In this document: piece after piece, positions 30,064 to 41,216 of the stretch
Layout: every line of letters starts with the position of its first letter
Numbering within the stretch: position 1 is the first letter of the stretch
Source: Lentisphaeria bacterium
Lineage (GTDB): Bacteria > Verrucomicrobiota > Lentisphaeria > Oligosphaerales > Oligosphaeraceae
DNA: 64,000 nt
Direction: 5' to 3'
NCBI GenBank assembly: GCA_050949415.1
Contig: JBMNFR010000015.1
Coordinates: 549,093-613,092, forward strand
The notes under the pieces: model-generated
What the model was told of the DNA's origin: nothing
The model's input: the letters and a program-made list of their open reading frames with translations, nothing else
Databases searched by the model: none
Position numbers and translations under genes: made by a program

Positions 30064-30912
30064 ATGACGGGATTCCTCGATTTCTTGAGATTCATCTTCA
30101 GCGGCGGAATGTTGTTCTTTACCATTCCAATGCTCCTTGTGATTCTCTATTGGTTGATTTTCGTCTTCGGAATGGTCGATATCGACTGGCTCGACGCTGC
30201 CGACGGAACCGCCGAGGGCGCCGCCGAAGCAATGGCCGAGGGCGCTGCCGAAGCAATGGCCGAGGGCGCTGCCGAAGCAATGGCCGAGGGCGCTGCCGAA
30301 GCAATGGCCGAGGGCGCTGCCGAAGCATTAGCCGAGGGCGCAGCTGGCGGGCTGGCTCAGGCTTCCGAGGCTTTGGCCGGCGGGGTCATGGCCGGCGAAG
30401 TGGCTGGCAGCGGCATGGCGCACACCGTTGGCCGGGGCGTGGCGACGTCCTTGCTGTCGCGCTCTATGTCCTTTCTGAACATCGGTCACGTGCCGACCAC
30501 CATTGTCGCCAGCATCTTCATCACTGCCTTCTGGTTGCTCGGCTTTTTCAGCATGGTATGGCTGCCCGCATCTCGCTGGCCCTCTGTCCCGCCATCCCTG
30601 ATTATGGTGCTGCGCCTGATCCTGACGGCGACCGCCAGTTATTTTATCGCCGGCCTGGCCTCACGACCCCTCCGGCATATCTTCGGCTCGGTCACTGTCC
30701 ATGCCCACGGACACCTCGTTGGACACGTCTGCACCGTCCGCAGCTCCACGGTCGACAGCAACTTCGGCGAAGGCGACCTGACCATCAAGGGCTCGTTTCT
30801 GACCCTTTCCCTGCGCACGCAGAACGGCGAAACGCTCACCAAGGGCGACTCCGCCCTGATTACCGGCTATGACGAAAATCAGGACGTCTATTTCGTCCGG
30901 CTGTGCCGATGA
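30064..30912 (+). CDS. NfeD/YqiJ-like membrane protein (C-terminal OB-fold) with internal 8-residue tandem repeat
   Basis: N-terminal transmembrane helices. A 24-bp repeat x5 at 30211-30330 encodes (AEGAAEAM)5. The C-terminal segment HVCTVRSS...GDLTIKGSFLTLSLRT...GDSALITGYD is an NfeD-type OB fold. It lies upstream of a flotillin gene, as for yqiJ-yqiK. Confidence 0.6.
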   Translation: MTGFLDFLRFIFSGGMLFFTIPMLLVILYWLIFVFGMVDIDWLDAADGTAEGAAEAMAEGAAEAMAEGAAEAMAEGAAEAMAEGAAEALAEGAAGGLAQASEALAGGVMAGEVAGSGMAHTVGRGVATSLLSRSMSFLNIGHVPTTIVASIFITAFWLLGFFSMVWLPASRWPSVPPSLIMVLRLILTATASYFIAGLASRPLRHIFGSVTVHAHGHLVGHVCTVRSSTVDSNFGEGDLTIKGSFLTLSLRTQNGETLTKGDSALITGYDENQDVYFVRLCR

Positions 30913-30992
30913 CAGAATAACGTTTTCACCACCTCCTGCCACTGCCAAGATTAGGTTTAAATAACGCTTCCGAACATCAAAGGGGACATGCC

Positions 30993-33008
30993 ATGTCGGC
31001 CATCATTTCCATTGCGCCCGGGGCTCTCAACTCATTGACCGGTTGGGGAGCGCTCTCCGCCGCAGTCCTGATTTTCCTCCTGTTCATTTTCATTTGCGCC
31101 GTGGCCGTGCGCTTCTACCGCAAGGTTGACCAAGGCACTGCCTTAATCATCAATAAATTAAAGTCAACGCCTGACGTCACCTTCACCGGCGGCATCGTCA
31201 TCCCCATCCTGTACAAGGCCGAAGAAATGGACATCTCGGTCAAGGCCATGGAAGTCAACCGAACTGGCGCCAATGGCTTGATTTGCGCTGACAATATCCG
31301 AGCTGACATCCGCGTGTCCTTCTATGTGCGCGTCAACAAAACCCAGGAAGACGTCCTCAAGGTCGCCCAGACCGTAGGCTGCAAGCGCGCTTCCACCAAG
31401 GACACTCTCGAAGAGCTGTTCCAGGCCAAATTCTCCGAAGCGCTCAAAACCGTCGGCAAGCAAATGGAGTTCACGACGCTGTTCACGGAACGCGAAGCCT
31501 TCAAGGAACGCATCATCCGTGTCATTGGCGCTGACCTCAATGGCTACCGCCTCGAAGACGTCGCCATCGACTACTTGGAACAAACACCGCTGGCATCCCT
31601 GGACCCCTACAACATTTTAGACGCCCAGGGCATCCGCAAAATCACTGATCTGACCTCGCGCGAAGCCATCTCGACCAACGAATTCAACCGCAACCGCGAG
31701 ACTGTCATCAAAAAGCAAGACGTAGCCGCCAAGGAGAAAATACTGGAGCTGGAACGCCAGCAGGCTGAAGCCGCAGCCCGTCAGAGGCGCGAAATCGACA
31801 GCGTCCAGGCACGCGAACAGGCCGAAGCGACCAAAATCAAAGCCGAAGAACACCTGAAGGCCGAACTCGCCAATATCCAGACCGAAGAAGAACTGCGTAT
31901 TGCGGAAGAAAATAAGGAGCGCCAAGCCCAGATCGCTGCCAAAGCCAAGGAAAAAGCCGTCCAGGTCGAAACGGAACGCGTCAACCGCGACCGCGAATTG
32001 GAAGCCGTCGAACGCGAACGCCAGGTCGCTCTCCGCAGCATCGAAAAAGAAAAAGAAGTCGAAATCCAGAAAAAGACTATTGCTGATGTGATCCGCGAGC
32101 GCGTCAAAGTCGAACGCACCGTGGCAGAAGAACAGGAACGCATCAAGGACACAGTTGAATTTGCTGGCGCTGAGCGTCGGAAGAAAGTCGAAGTGACCAA
32201 GGCGGAACAGGAAGCCGAACAGGCGCTAGTTCGCGAAACCAAAGCCGCTGAAGCCAAGGAACTGGCCGCCCATAGTCTGTACAAGCAGCGAGTGACCATG
32301 GCTGACGCGGTGAAGGCTGAAGCCGAACGCGAAGCCGAAGCGGTACGCATCCGCGCTGACAAAGAAGCCGAAGCCAAGAAGATTCTGGCAGAAGGCACTA
32401 TCGCCGAAGAGTCGGCCACCGGCCTGGCCACCGTCAAAGTCCGCGAAGCCGACGCCAACGCGATTGAACTGCAAGGCAAGGCCGAAGCCAGCGCCCTCCT
32501 GGTCAAGGCCGAAGCAGAAGCAAAAGGCATTGACCAAAAGGCCGCAGCCATGAAAAAGCTGGACGCGGTCGGCAAAGACCACGAGGAATTCAAACTGCGC
32601 CTGGCTAAGGACGAACGCGTCCAGCTGGCTGCCATTGACGTTGACCGACAGATTGCCGAGGCGCAAGCAAAAGTACTCGCCGAAGCGATGAAAACAGCTA
32701 AAATCGACATCGTGGGCGGCGATGGACAATTCCTGGAAAAATTCTTCCGTTCCATCAGCCTGGCGAAGTCCGTGGACGGTTTGGTCGACCGCAGCGCCGA
32801 AGCACGCAAACTAGTGGCAGGCGAAGAAGACAACTTAGTCAGCCGTCTGTCTGAAGCGATCGCCGCAACCGGCTTGAAAGGCGATGACCTGAAAGACCTG
32901 AGCGTGGCAGCGCTGCTGAGCCGCCTGGCTGCATCAGGCAAAAGCGAAACCATCGTCGAAGAAGTGAAAAAAATCATCGATAACAAAAACACGACGACAG
33001 CCCCGTGA
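30993..33008 (+). CDS. Flotillin-like SPFH/band-7 protein with long EA-rich coiled coil (YqiK/FloT-like)
   Basis: 671 aa. N-terminal transmembrane segment, SPFH domain, and an extended stretch of A/E/K/R heptad-like repeats. Confidence 0.8.
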   Translation: MSAIISIAPGALNSLTGWGALSAAVLIFLLFIFICAVAVRFYRKVDQGTALIINKLKSTPDVTFTGGIVIPILYKAEEMDISVKAMEVNRTGANGLICADNIRADIRVSFYVRVNKTQEDVLKVAQTVGCKRASTKDTLEELFQAKFSEALKTVGKQMEFTTLFTEREAFKERIIRVIGADLNGYRLEDVAIDYLEQTPLASLDPYNILDAQGIRKITDLTSREAISTNEFNRNRETVIKKQDVAAKEKILELERQQAEAAARQRREIDSVQAREQAEATKIKAEEHLKAELANIQTEEELRIAEENKERQAQIAAKAKEKAVQVETERVNRDRELEAVERERQVALRSIEKEKEVEIQKKTIADVIRERVKVERTVAEEQERIKDTVEFAGAERRKKVEVTKAEQEAEQALVRETKAAEAKELAAHSLYKQRVTMADAVKAEAEREAEAVRIRADKEAEAKKILAEGTIAEESATGLATVKVREADANAIELQGKAEASALLVKAEAEAKGIDQKAAAMKKLDAVGKDHEEFKLRLAKDERVQLAAIDVDRQIAEAQAKVLAEAMKTAKIDIVGGDGQFLEKFFRSISLAKSVDGLVDRSAEARKLVAGEEDNLVSRLSEAIAATGLKGDDLKDLSVAALLSRLAASGKSETIVEEVKKIIDNKNTTTAP

Positions 33009-33039
33009 GCCGGAATCCGCAGCTACAAAGCGGCAAAAG

Positions 33040-33135
33040 CCCGGAGGGCGACACATAGAAGCCCAGGGTGAGCGAAGCGAAGCCCTGGGTAAGGCGTATA
33101 ATATTTTGAGCCCTGAAAGGGAGACACATAAGTGC
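33040..33135. repeat. Family-1 element, partial inverted copy
   Basis: Reverse complement matches cttatgtgtctccc..ggggctcaaaatattatacgccttacccagggcttcgc. Confidence 0.5.
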
Positions 33136-33174
33136 CCTAAAGCTGTTGGGCGTTGTGGACGACACCTGTGCCTT

Positions 33175-33350
33175 CGCTCCACCGTCCACTGATGTCCACT
33201 AATGTCTACGTCCACTCGCCACTAACGTCCACTTCTGTCCACAGTCCATCGTCTACTAACGTCTATAAAAGTCCACTAACGTCCATTGTCCACTGTCCAC
33301 TAAAGCGCTTCACCCTGGGTGCCTGGCCCCGCAGCTTGTCCGAACTCCGA
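33175..33350. repeat. Family-2 GTCCAC-rich intergenic element (copy D)
   Basis: Same core. It ends ccctgggtgcctggccccgcagcttgtccgaactccga. Confidence 0.7.
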
Positions 33351-33366
33351 GGTGCCCTCCCGCGCA

Positions 33367-34254
33367 TCATCTCGCTCCGACGGCAAACAGCCCGCTGGTC
33401 CATTCATCGATAGTCCGGCGTGCTACTTCCCGGGCGCCGAGCTTTTGAAAGCGTTCAAGCACCTCTTGGTACTGCTCGTTCAGGATTCCGGAAAGGATCA
33501 GGTGCCCTCCTGCGCCGCTTTGATCCACCAGCTGGATAACATCCTCAGCCAGTGCATTCAGGACGACTGCAAGAATATTGGCAGCCACCAGCCGAGCCGG
33601 CTGTTCCGGCTTAAATTCGCCCAAGGCGCCATATTCCAGGACAACGTCATCAACTCCGGCTCGCGCCAGGTTCTCCCTGGCCGTATCCACCGCCTGCGGG
33701 TCATTGTCAAACGCGACCACCGGCGAGTAGCCCAGCAGCCGCGCCCCAAGCGACAAAATGCCCGAGCCGCAGCCAGCATCCAGAAAAGACACCGGCCCCT
33801 GCTTGCGCTCCAGCTCATCGATGAACTGCAAACACGCCTTGGTCGTCCCGTGATATCCGGTGCCAAAACACATGCCGGGGTCTAGCGATAAAATGACATC
33901 GCCGGCCTGGGCCTCGTAAGTCTCCCAGCTGGGTTTGACCACTAGGCGCTCTGAAGCGCGAAACGTGTGGAAGTGCTTCTTCCAGCTTTCCGACCAGTCC
34001 TCCTGCTGCATGGTCTGACCGGAAATCACCGGCTTCTCTTGCAGCAAATCATCCCAGCCAGCCAAAGCGTCTTCCGCTGCTTGGCGCAGAGCCTCGACGT
34101 TTTCCGGTCCGTCCGCAATCAAATAAGTCGTTCCCAGGCCGGTCTCGCGGCTGGTGTGCGAAGACGGCGTCAACCCGGCTGCCGCCAAGGCTTCCTCCAA
34201 GATCGGCACATCAGCGCCCGGGCTAGTGATGACAACAACATGCAACAGCTTCAT
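33367..34254 (-). CDS. prmA: Ribosomal protein L11 methyltransferase
   Basis: Start MKLLHVVV. SAM motif LDAGCGSGILS and overall PrmA architecture. Confidence 0.8.
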   Translation of the reverse strand: MKLLHVVVITSPGADVPILEEALAAAGLTPSSHTSRETGLGTTYLIADGPENVEALRQAAEDALAGWDDLLQEKPVISGQTMQQEDWSESWKKHFHTFRASERLVVKPSWETYEAQAGDVILSLDPGMCFGTGYHGTTKACLQFIDELERKQGPVSFLDAGCGSGILSLGARLLGYSPVVAFDNDPQAVDTARENLARAGVDDVVLEYGALGEFKPEQPARLVAANILAVVLNALAEDVIQLVDQSGAGGHLILSGILNEQYQEVLERFQKLGAREVARRTIDEWTSGLFAVGAR

Positions 34255-34277
34255 AGACTGACTCATAGGACATCCCA

Positions 34278-35444
34278 TCAGTGGCCGTAGGGCGAAAGGC
34301 GGCGCAGTTCCTTGATAATCGGCGGCGTCGCCGCGATAATCGCATCAATTTCCGCTTCCGTGTTGTAGCGAGAAAGACTGAAGCGGATCGACCCGTGCAG
34401 AGCCTGGTAGTCAAGACCCATGGCACGAAGAACATGCGACGGCTCCAAAGAACCTGACGTGCAAGCCGAACCGGAAGACGCGCAAATGCGCGCAGCGTCG
34501 TACATGCGCAACAGGATGGCCTCGCCCTCAATGTACTTGAAGCACATGTTCAGGGTGTTGGGGAGACGATGCTCAGGATCGCCATTGACCAACGGGTCAG
34601 GACACGCAGCGACCAGGCCTCGCTCCAACTTGTCCCGCAACGCCTTGACGGTGGTATTCTCTTCAATCATGTGAGCCTTAGCCAACTCCGCCGCCTTGCC
34701 GAGACCGGCAATGCTGGCGACATTCTCGGTGCCGGCGCGACGCCCATGCTCCTGGCCCCCGCCAATGAGGTACGACGAAAAAGGCGTGTGACGACGCACA
34801 TACAGCGCCCCGACTCCCTTTGGCGCATGCAATTTGTGGCCGCTCAAGGCCAAAAAGTCAATCTTGGTCTCCCGCAGGTTGATCGGCACTTTTCCGACTG
34901 CCTGCACCGCGTCGGTATGGAAAAGCGCGCCATTGGCATGCGCAATCTCGGCCAATTCCACGACCGGGTAGATGTTGCCGATTTCGTTGTTGGCCCACAT
35001 GACTGAGACAATGGCCGTCTCGTCATTGATCACGGCCCGCGCTTCGTCCAGGTCAAGACGCCCTTGCTTGTCAACCGAGAGAAAATCAACAGGCCAGCCG
35101 CGTTTCCGCAAAACATGGCAAAGGCTGAACACGGCGTGATGCTCAACCGCCGTCGTGACAATCCGACGTCGGCCTTTCTGCGTCTCCAGCGCACTCATGA
35201 TTGCCGTGTTGTCGGCCTCTGTCCCGCAGCTGGTGAAGACGATCTCGTCCTCATCCGCGCCGATTAAATCGCCTATTGACTTCCGGGCGTCAGCAATGAC
35301 CTCGGCGGCGTCACTGCCAAAAGGATGGGGGCTGGACGGATTCCCGTACCATGTCGTAAGATACGGCGTCATCGCCGCATAGACCTCCGGCGCTATCAAC
35401 GTCGTGGCATTGCTGTCCACATAAATGATATCTTGCTCGCTCAT
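34278..35444 (-). CDS. Cysteine desulfurase (NifS/IscS class)
   Basis: 388 aa. PLP-lysine region SGHKLHAPKG and the catalytic-Cys loop SSGSACTSG. Confidence 0.85.
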   Translation of the reverse strand: MSEQDIIYVDSNATTLIAPEVYAAMTPYLTTWYGNPSSPHPFGSDAAEVIADARKSIGDLIGADEDEIVFTSCGTEADNTAIMSALETQKGRRRIVTTAVEHHAVFSLCHVLRKRGWPVDFLSVDKQGRLDLDEARAVINDETAIVSVMWANNEIGNIYPVVELAEIAHANGALFHTDAVQAVGKVPINLRETKIDFLALSGHKLHAPKGVGALYVRRHTPFSSYLIGGGQEHGRRAGTENVASIAGLGKAAELAKAHMIEENTTVKALRDKLERGLVAACPDPLVNGDPEHRLPNTLNMCFKYIEGEAILLRMYDAARICASSGSACTSGSLEPSHVLRAMGLDYQALHGSIRFSLSRYNTEAEIDAIIAATPPIIKELRRLSPYGH

Positions 35445-35678
35445 CGAAAATGTCCATTCATAGATAGGTGTAAGGCTGTGTTGTCACGACCCAACTGGCC
35501 GGCCGCCGCCAAAACGGCGACCCGTTAACTATATCGCCAAAACATGCCGCTGCAATGCGCTGACCGCTTTTTTGGTCAATGAAGATTTGAGAATTCGGAG
35601 TCGGGCAATAGGTTATTCGATTGGCATGCGCACCGCTCTCGCCTTCTTCCGAATGTCGCAAACAAGAAACCTTACCCC

Positions 35679-36422
35679 ATGACCTACTTAACCATCGCCT
35701 TGATCCTAATGCTATGCGCCTTTCTGCAAACCGTCGCCGGATTCGCCTTTTCACTGATGGCCATCCCTTTGCTGCTGCTCTGTGACTTGACCCTGCCCCA
35801 GGCTGTGGTGACCAGCATGATGGGCTCCACCGTACAACGCCTGCTCATGGTCGCCAAGTACCACCGCCAAGTCGACTGGCCCCCGCTGTTCCGCATGTAT
35901 CCATGGGCCGTGCTCGGCATCTTCATCGGCATCTGCCTGCTGCGAAAAATTTCCGGCTTGGACGCTAATATCATCCGGCAGCTTTTCGGCGGCATCATCC
36001 TGGCCGTCGTCGGTCTCCAGGCATTCACCCGCGTCAAGCCACGCGAGCATGTTCCTGCCTGGTGCGGGTGGGTAGCGGCCTTCTTCTCCGGCATCCTGAA
36101 CGGTTTTGCCAACATCGGCGGCCCGCCCATGGTGTTCTGGATACTCGCCCACGGCTGGGGCCGAGACCAGCTCCGCGCCACCATGCCCTGCTTCACCGTC
36201 ATGATGGTTCCCATCCAAACCATCTTCCTCTTCCTCTCCTTTGGCAGCGCTATTCTCTGCGGCTTTGGCCAGGGCGCAGCCTCGGCGCCAGCCATCATCC
36301 TGGCCGTCTTCCTCGGCAACAAAGCCAGCAGCTACCTATCCGTGCCTAAGCTGCGCCTGACCATCATGCTGCTCCTGGTCGCCACTGGACTCTATTACAT
36401 CATCGCGCCTTTCTGTAAATAA
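35679..36422 (+). CDS. TSUP-family (TauE/SafE) membrane permease
   Basis: 247 aa with about 8 transmembrane helices and a duplicated 4-helix architecture. Confidence 0.65.
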   Translation: MTYLTIALILMLCAFLQTVAGFAFSLMAIPLLLLCDLTLPQAVVTSMMGSTVQRLLMVAKYHRQVDWPPLFRMYPWAVLGIFIGICLLRKISGLDANIIRQLFGGIILAVVGLQAFTRVKPREHVPAWCGWVAAFFSGILNGFANIGGPPMVFWILAHGWGRDQLRATMPCFTVMMVPIQTIFLFLSFGSAILCGFGQGAASAPAIILAVFLGNKASSYLSVPKLRLTIMLLLVATGLYYIIAPFCK

Positions 36423-36504
36423 CTTCCCCGCCCAGGCGACGACGAAATCACCCCATACAGGCCATCTCAATCTTCCGCCACCCAACAGCAACGGAGCAAA
36501 AATC

Positions 36505-37605
36505 ATGCTTGATGTCACTGACCGCAAACTCTTCACACCTGTCAAAGGCGCCGAAAAAGACATCGTGTTCTATGTCTTGAACCGCCGTGTCGCGCCAGCC
36601 CAGACCGGCTTCTACTTCGTTAACGACTCCATGTCTGCCGACGGCCGCTACCTCTGGTTCTATTGCGCCTTCCCACCCGGGCTGACGCGGTCGCTCGGCG
36701 TGGTCGACTTCCAAACCGGCGAAGTCCATAATTACCCGGAAACCCAATTCGTCCACGCCTCGCCCTATATCGACCCAACCACCGGATGCGCCTACTGGAC
36801 CGTGGGAAACGGCCTCTGGCGACGCGGGCCAAAACCGCAAGACACGGCGGAATTGCTCAACCGAATCCCGGACGAATACATCGGTCAGCGCGCCGTCAGC
36901 AGTTTGGCGACCCACCTGACCCCAACCCCGGACGGCAAGGAATTCTTTGTCGACGCGGCCTTTGGACTGCAATACTTGTTCGGAACCCTGCCGGTTGATG
37001 GCAGCGACTTCGTCCCCTGGTGGCGCTTTGACCGCCATTACAATCATGCGCAAGTCTGCCCGACTGACCCCGACCTGGTGCTCTTTGCCGAAGAAAACCA
37101 TCCCGACCCGATTACCGGCCTGAAATTCGCCATTGTCGACCGCCTCTGGCTCATTCGCCGCGGGGAAAAACCGCGCCCGCTCATGCCTCAGCCCACCAGG
37201 GTCACCCATGAATGGTGGGACCCCGACGGCCAGCACGTCTGGTGCGTGAGCGGCAAGGCGACCTGGCGCATCAACACCGCTGACAGCGCCGTCGAAACCA
37301 TCGACTTCCCGCGCCACTGCTGGCATTCGCACAGCAGCGCCAATGGCCGCCTGATCGTCGGCGACTCAACCGAGCGCTTCTACCGCGGCTGCGCCTCAGC
37401 CGTCCATTTCCTCAATCGCGACACCGGCAACTACCTGCTGATCGCCAACAACCCGGAACGCACCGACTACATCGGCGCCAACTATCACATTGACCCGCAT
37501 CCGCGCTTCTGCTGCCAAGACCAGTTCGTCGTCTTCACCACCACCGTGCTCGGCAACGTCGATGTGGCAGTCGTCCCCGTAAAAGACCTCCTGGACAGAA
37601 CGTAA
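36505..37605 (+). CDS. Beta-propeller protein, oligogalacturonide-lyase (PL22)-like
   Basis: 366 aa. TolB-like propeller composition. The C-terminal segment ANYHIDPHPRF resembles the Ogl-family HPHP motif. This is a tentative family assignment. Confidence 0.4.
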   Translation: MLDVTDRKLFTPVKGAEKDIVFYVLNRRVAPAQTGFYFVNDSMSADGRYLWFYCAFPPGLTRSLGVVDFQTGEVHNYPETQFVHASPYIDPTTGCAYWTVGNGLWRRGPKPQDTAELLNRIPDEYIGQRAVSSLATHLTPTPDGKEFFVDAAFGLQYLFGTLPVDGSDFVPWWRFDRHYNHAQVCPTDPDLVLFAEENHPDPITGLKFAIVDRLWLIRRGEKPRPLMPQPTRVTHEWWDPDGQHVWCVSGKATWRINTADSAVETIDFPRHCWHSHSSANGRLIVGDSTERFYRGCASAVHFLNRDTGNYLLIANNPERTDYIGANYHIDPHPRFCCQDQFVVFTTTVLGNVDVAVVPVKDLLDRT

Positions 37606-37906
37606 ACTAAAAAAGCCGGCCGCCCCTCCCCCCAAAAAAGTGCTTTTTTTGAACGCAAAACATAAAAGCACCTGAAAAGTTGACTGTGCTGAGCCGGGAA
37701 CGCACGGTGCAGACAACCTTTTGGATGCATCCAAAATACAACCACCGTAAACCGCGCACAAGTCTGCCTATCTTTTTCTGTCCAAGCTGTGCGTGGAATA
37801 GACAAAATCATTTGTTTTTAACCAAAAATTAGTGTATACTATATAACAAAGTGGTATCAAGCGCCCTTCAATGTACCGTAAGCATCAAAATAGGAAAGGG
37901 CTGGAT

Positions 37907-38632
37907 ATGAAATCAAAGCGACACTTCACCTTAATTGAGCTCCTCGTCGTCATCGCCATCATCGCCATCCTGGCAGCCATGCTCTTGCCGGCCTTGTCCA
38001 AGGCGCGGGAGAAGGCGATGAGCATCTCCTGCACCAGCAACGCCAAACAAATCGCCATGGCCAACATCATGTATGCCGATGACTTTAATTCCGTCTTGAC
38101 GCATGGCCAGTATTCGCACGATTTTAGAGTCACTACCCTACGCAACGGCGCCGAGGTCACCCTGATGTGGTTTGACAACCTCGCAAACTACACCGGCGAC
38201 TACAAGGTCTTCAACTGCCCGTCAAAAATCAATCTCGACGTCCTGGCCGGACGCCCCGGCTACGGCTGGAACTTCCAAAACATGCCTTATCGGCCGACCA
38301 CCGCCAATGCGGCCGTCCTCATCACCAGCTATAATTATCCCAGTGAAGTCATGGCCTTCGCCTGCCATTGCGACACCGTCAAGACCGGCAGTTTCGCCAG
38401 CGGCGGCACCGCCTACAGTTCAACCTACGCTTCGTACATCTACAGCCCAACCCGCGTCCGCACAATGCTCATTTACTGGGATGTGGCCAACGGCCTCTAT
38501 GGCCATGTCGGAGACCTCCACAACGAGGGCTCTAACATAGGACACCTGGACGGGCATGTGTCATGGCTGAAAAAAATTTCCTTCGACGACATGACCACCG
38601 CCGGCAAACGACTCTGGGGAGACATTAAATAA
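37907..38632 (+). CDS. H-X9-DG prepilin-like protein (DUF1559), paralog 5
   Basis: Start [38 protein letters not shown]-terminal [16 protein letters not shown] motif. Confidence 0.8.
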   Translation: MKSKRHFTLIELLVVIAIIAILAAMLLPALSKAREKAMSISCTSNAKQIAMANIMYADDFNSVLTHGQYSHDFRVTTLRNGAEVTLMWFDNLANYTGDYKVFNCPSKINLDVLAGRPGYGWNFQNMPYRPTTANAAVLITSYNYPSEVMAFACHCDTVKTGSFASGGTAYSSTYASYIYSPTRVRTMLIYWDVANGLYGHVGDLHNEGSNIGHLDGHVSWLKKISFDDMTTAGKRLWGDIK

Positions 38633-38985
38633 GCGCGACCAGAAAAAAAACACGGTCTTCCGGCCCTGTCCAGCCTCACCCGTACCCTCGTCACCGCAGA
38701 TAACACCAAAACTGACCGCATGTCAACCGTGGACAAGGCAGCATAATGTCCTCATCTAAAAAGCCTCGACTGACATTTTTCCGCAAGGACTGACTTTCGC
38801 CAGGCCGCTTTTTCATTATAGTATCACCGTAACAGCCCTAACAGCAAAAAGTTCTTAATCCTTCACGTCCTAGTTCGAAAAACGATAAGTTTGAAAACAC
38901 CAGTGGGTGAAAAGGCTCCCCTGCCCTTTTGCCACACCCACATAACTTTTGCAACCACAACTCCTTACCCATGGAAGGTCAACCC

Positions 38986-39723
38986 ATGAGTGCCAAACGA
39001 CACTTCACTTTAATTGAGCTCCTTGTCGTCATCGCCATCATCGCGATTCTAGCAGCCATGCTCCTGCCGGCTCTGTCCAAGGCGCGTGAGAAGGCGCATG
39101 GCATCTCCTGCACCAGCAACGCCAAGCAGATCGCCATGGCTAACATCATGTATGCCGATGACTATGATTCCACTATGACGCATGGCCAGTATTCGAAGCA
39201 TACCGGCGTCGATGCGATCACAACCATACGCAATGGCCAAACGGTCACCCTGATGTGGTACGATAACCTCTCAAACTACACCGGCGACTACAAGGTCTTC
39301 AACTGCCCGTCAAAAATCAATCTCGATGTCCTTTCCGGTCGCCCTGGCTACGGCTGGAGCCGCAACGGCATGCCTTATCGGCGGACGGCAAACGGCGCAC
39401 AAGAGGGCGTCCTCATCACCAAATTCAAATACCCCAGCGAAATCATGGTCTTCACCTGCCATTGCGACATCGCCAAAACCGGTCATTTCGCCAGCAACAG
39501 CTACGGCACGGTCTACTCCACGTACGTCTACACTCCTAACATCAACTCATATCGCACTCTCGACATCTGGGACTTGCCCAACGGCCTCTATGGCCATGTC
39601 GGAAACCTCCACAACAACGGCTCTAATATCGGCCATCTCGACGGGCACGTGTCATGGATGAAACAAACCTCATTCCTCGACACCAGCACTGCCGGCAAAC
39701 GGCTCTGGGGAGACATTAAATAA
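38986..39723 (+). CDS. H-X9-DG prepilin-like protein (DUF1559), paralog 6
   Basis: Start [16 protein letters not shown]-terminal [16 protein letters not shown] motif. Confidence 0.8.
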   Translation: MSAKRHFTLIELLVVIAIIAILAAMLLPALSKAREKAHGISCTSNAKQIAMANIMYADDYDSTMTHGQYSKHTGVDAITTIRNGQTVTLMWYDNLSNYTGDYKVFNCPSKINLDVLSGRPGYGWSRNGMPYRRTANGAQEGVLITKFKYPSEIMVFTCHCDIAKTGHFASNSYGTVYSTYVYTPNINSYRTLDIWDLPNGLYGHVGNLHNNGSNIGHLDGHVSWMKQTSFLDTSTAGKRLWGDIK

Positions 39724-39759
39724 GTGTGCATTCCTTCGCTGGCGGCTTTTCAGATGCTG

Positions 39760-40095
39760 TGTACATGCGAGCATGTAGTTCAAGCTTTAGCTTGCAGTAT
39801 GTAGGAGCATGTAGTTCAAGCTTTAGCTTGCCGTATGTAGTTCAAGCTTTAGCTTGCTGTATGTAGGAGCATGTAGTTCAAGCTTCAGCTTGCTGTACGT
39901 CCCGCAGGCTTTAGCCTGCCAACATGCAACTCAAGCTTCTGCTTGCCGTACGAACCTCGCTTGCACGAGCATGTAGTTCAAGCTTCAGCTTGCTGTATGT
40001 AGTTCAAGCTTTAGCTTGCGGTATGTAGTTCAAGCTTCAGCTTGCTGTATGTACGAGCATGTAGTTCAAGCTTCAGCTTGCAGTATGTTTCGCGC
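39760..40095. repeat. Tandem hairpin repeat array (about 12 units of gtatgtagttcaagcttYagcttgc)
   Basis: Head-to-tail units of 25-32 bp with no unique spacers. Same family as 7220-7370. Confidence 0.8.
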
Positions 40096-40289
40096 TTTTA
40101 GCGTTTCAGCCGCTACGCGTCGATGGACGCGGTGACATGGCCGAGAGCGTAATCCAAACTCACTCTCGCCCTTCGCCCTCGTATCAATCTGTGACCGCTT
40201 ATAAAATCACGCCACAGGTCTGTAAAAACTCGCCCTCCACCAGTTGACCTGCGCCATTTCAACTATATATTATAGACAGTAAAATTTTC

Positions 40290-40366
40290 GGGGCATTAGC
40301 TCAGTTGGCTAGAGCGTCTGCATGGCATGCAGAAGGCCATCGGTTCAACTCCGATATGCTCCACCA
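40290..40366 (+). tRNA. tRNA-Ala (anticodon GGC)
   Basis: Manual cloverleaf: acceptor GGGGCAT/ATGCTCC with the G3:U70 alanine identity pair, anticodon loop ATGGCAT, T-loop TTCAACT, CCA encoded. Confidence 0.85.
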
Positions 40367-40774
40367 CCCCAATTTTCAACCCGCCGAGTCCACCGATTCG
40401 ACGGGTTTTCTGTTTCCGGTGCAAGTGCCGATGGGACAGCGTGTTGCGTGGGCGCTTCTCCGCCTGTTTGCCACCCCAGGAGACGACGGTTTGGCCACGT
40501 TTGCCGCCGGAAGGCCCGAAATCTCCGCCGCTGTCTCTGTGCCTGACGGCCGAAGTCCTCGGTTTTATGCGATTTTAAGCCTGGGGATATTTCCGCGCAT
40601 AAACGCGTCTCTTTTTGCGTCGCGCGTGCCTGTCGCCAGTCTCTGTTTGGCCGTTTTGAGGCGGACGCCCAGGTCACGAAAGTTATTGTTCACAGAGACA
40701 AACCTTCGCTTTGAGTATCAACCGGCGACCACGGGTTGCGTCACCTGCGGAGCCAGGCGAGGCGGATACGGGCA

Positions 40775-40810
40775 CAAAAAAGCCGCCAGCCATTTGGCCA
40801 GCGGCTCCTT
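40775..40810 (-). terminator. Rho-independent terminator downstream of the recombinase operon
   Basis: Minus-strand hairpin gccgctggcc-aaat-ggctggcggc followed by tttttt. Confidence 0.5.
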
Positions 40811-40823
40811 TGTCCCAGTTACC

Positions 40824-41216
40824 TCATTGCGTCAGCAGTTCTTTCTGCTCGCTCCACAGGTCTGGAATCGTCTTTCGGGCCAGGGCGACGGACAGGCCAT
40901 TGATGCATTCGCCGTTGATGACCCGCCCGATGATTTCCGGCGCCAGCATGGACAGGCGGATGACGCGGGCCACATAGCTGAAGTCACGCCCGATGAGCGC
41001 CGCCAGGGCCTTGATGTTCTCCACCTTGCCCGCGTCGATGAGCTGCTGCCAGCGCCGTCCGCGCGCCACGGCCAGCAGGAACGCCTGGCGACCCGGATCG
41101 GCGGCTTCCTCCCCCGGTACGATGATCCGCGTGACGCCGCCCGTCTGCTTCACGCTCAACGGCACCGATACATGCAGGTTGCCATTGGGCAGGAGTTCAG
41201 CCGTTACGGTTTTCAT
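40824..41216 (-). CDS. hypothetical protein cotranscribed with the serine recombinase (possible directionality/accessory factor)
   Basis: 130 aa. Its start overlaps the recombinase stop by 20 nt. No motif recognised. Confidence 0.4.
   Translation of the reverse strand: MKTVTAELLPNGNLHVSVPLSVKQTGGVTRIIVPGEEAADPGRQAFLLAVARGRRWQQLIDAGKVENIKALAALIGRDFSYVARVIRLSMLAPEIIGRVINGECINGLSVALARKTIPDLWSEQKELLTQ

Noticed and set aside
39760-40095. Possible CRISPR array
   Set aside because: Repeat units abut directly or through variant units of the same family. There are no unique spacers and no cas genes nearby. It is a tandem hairpin satellite.
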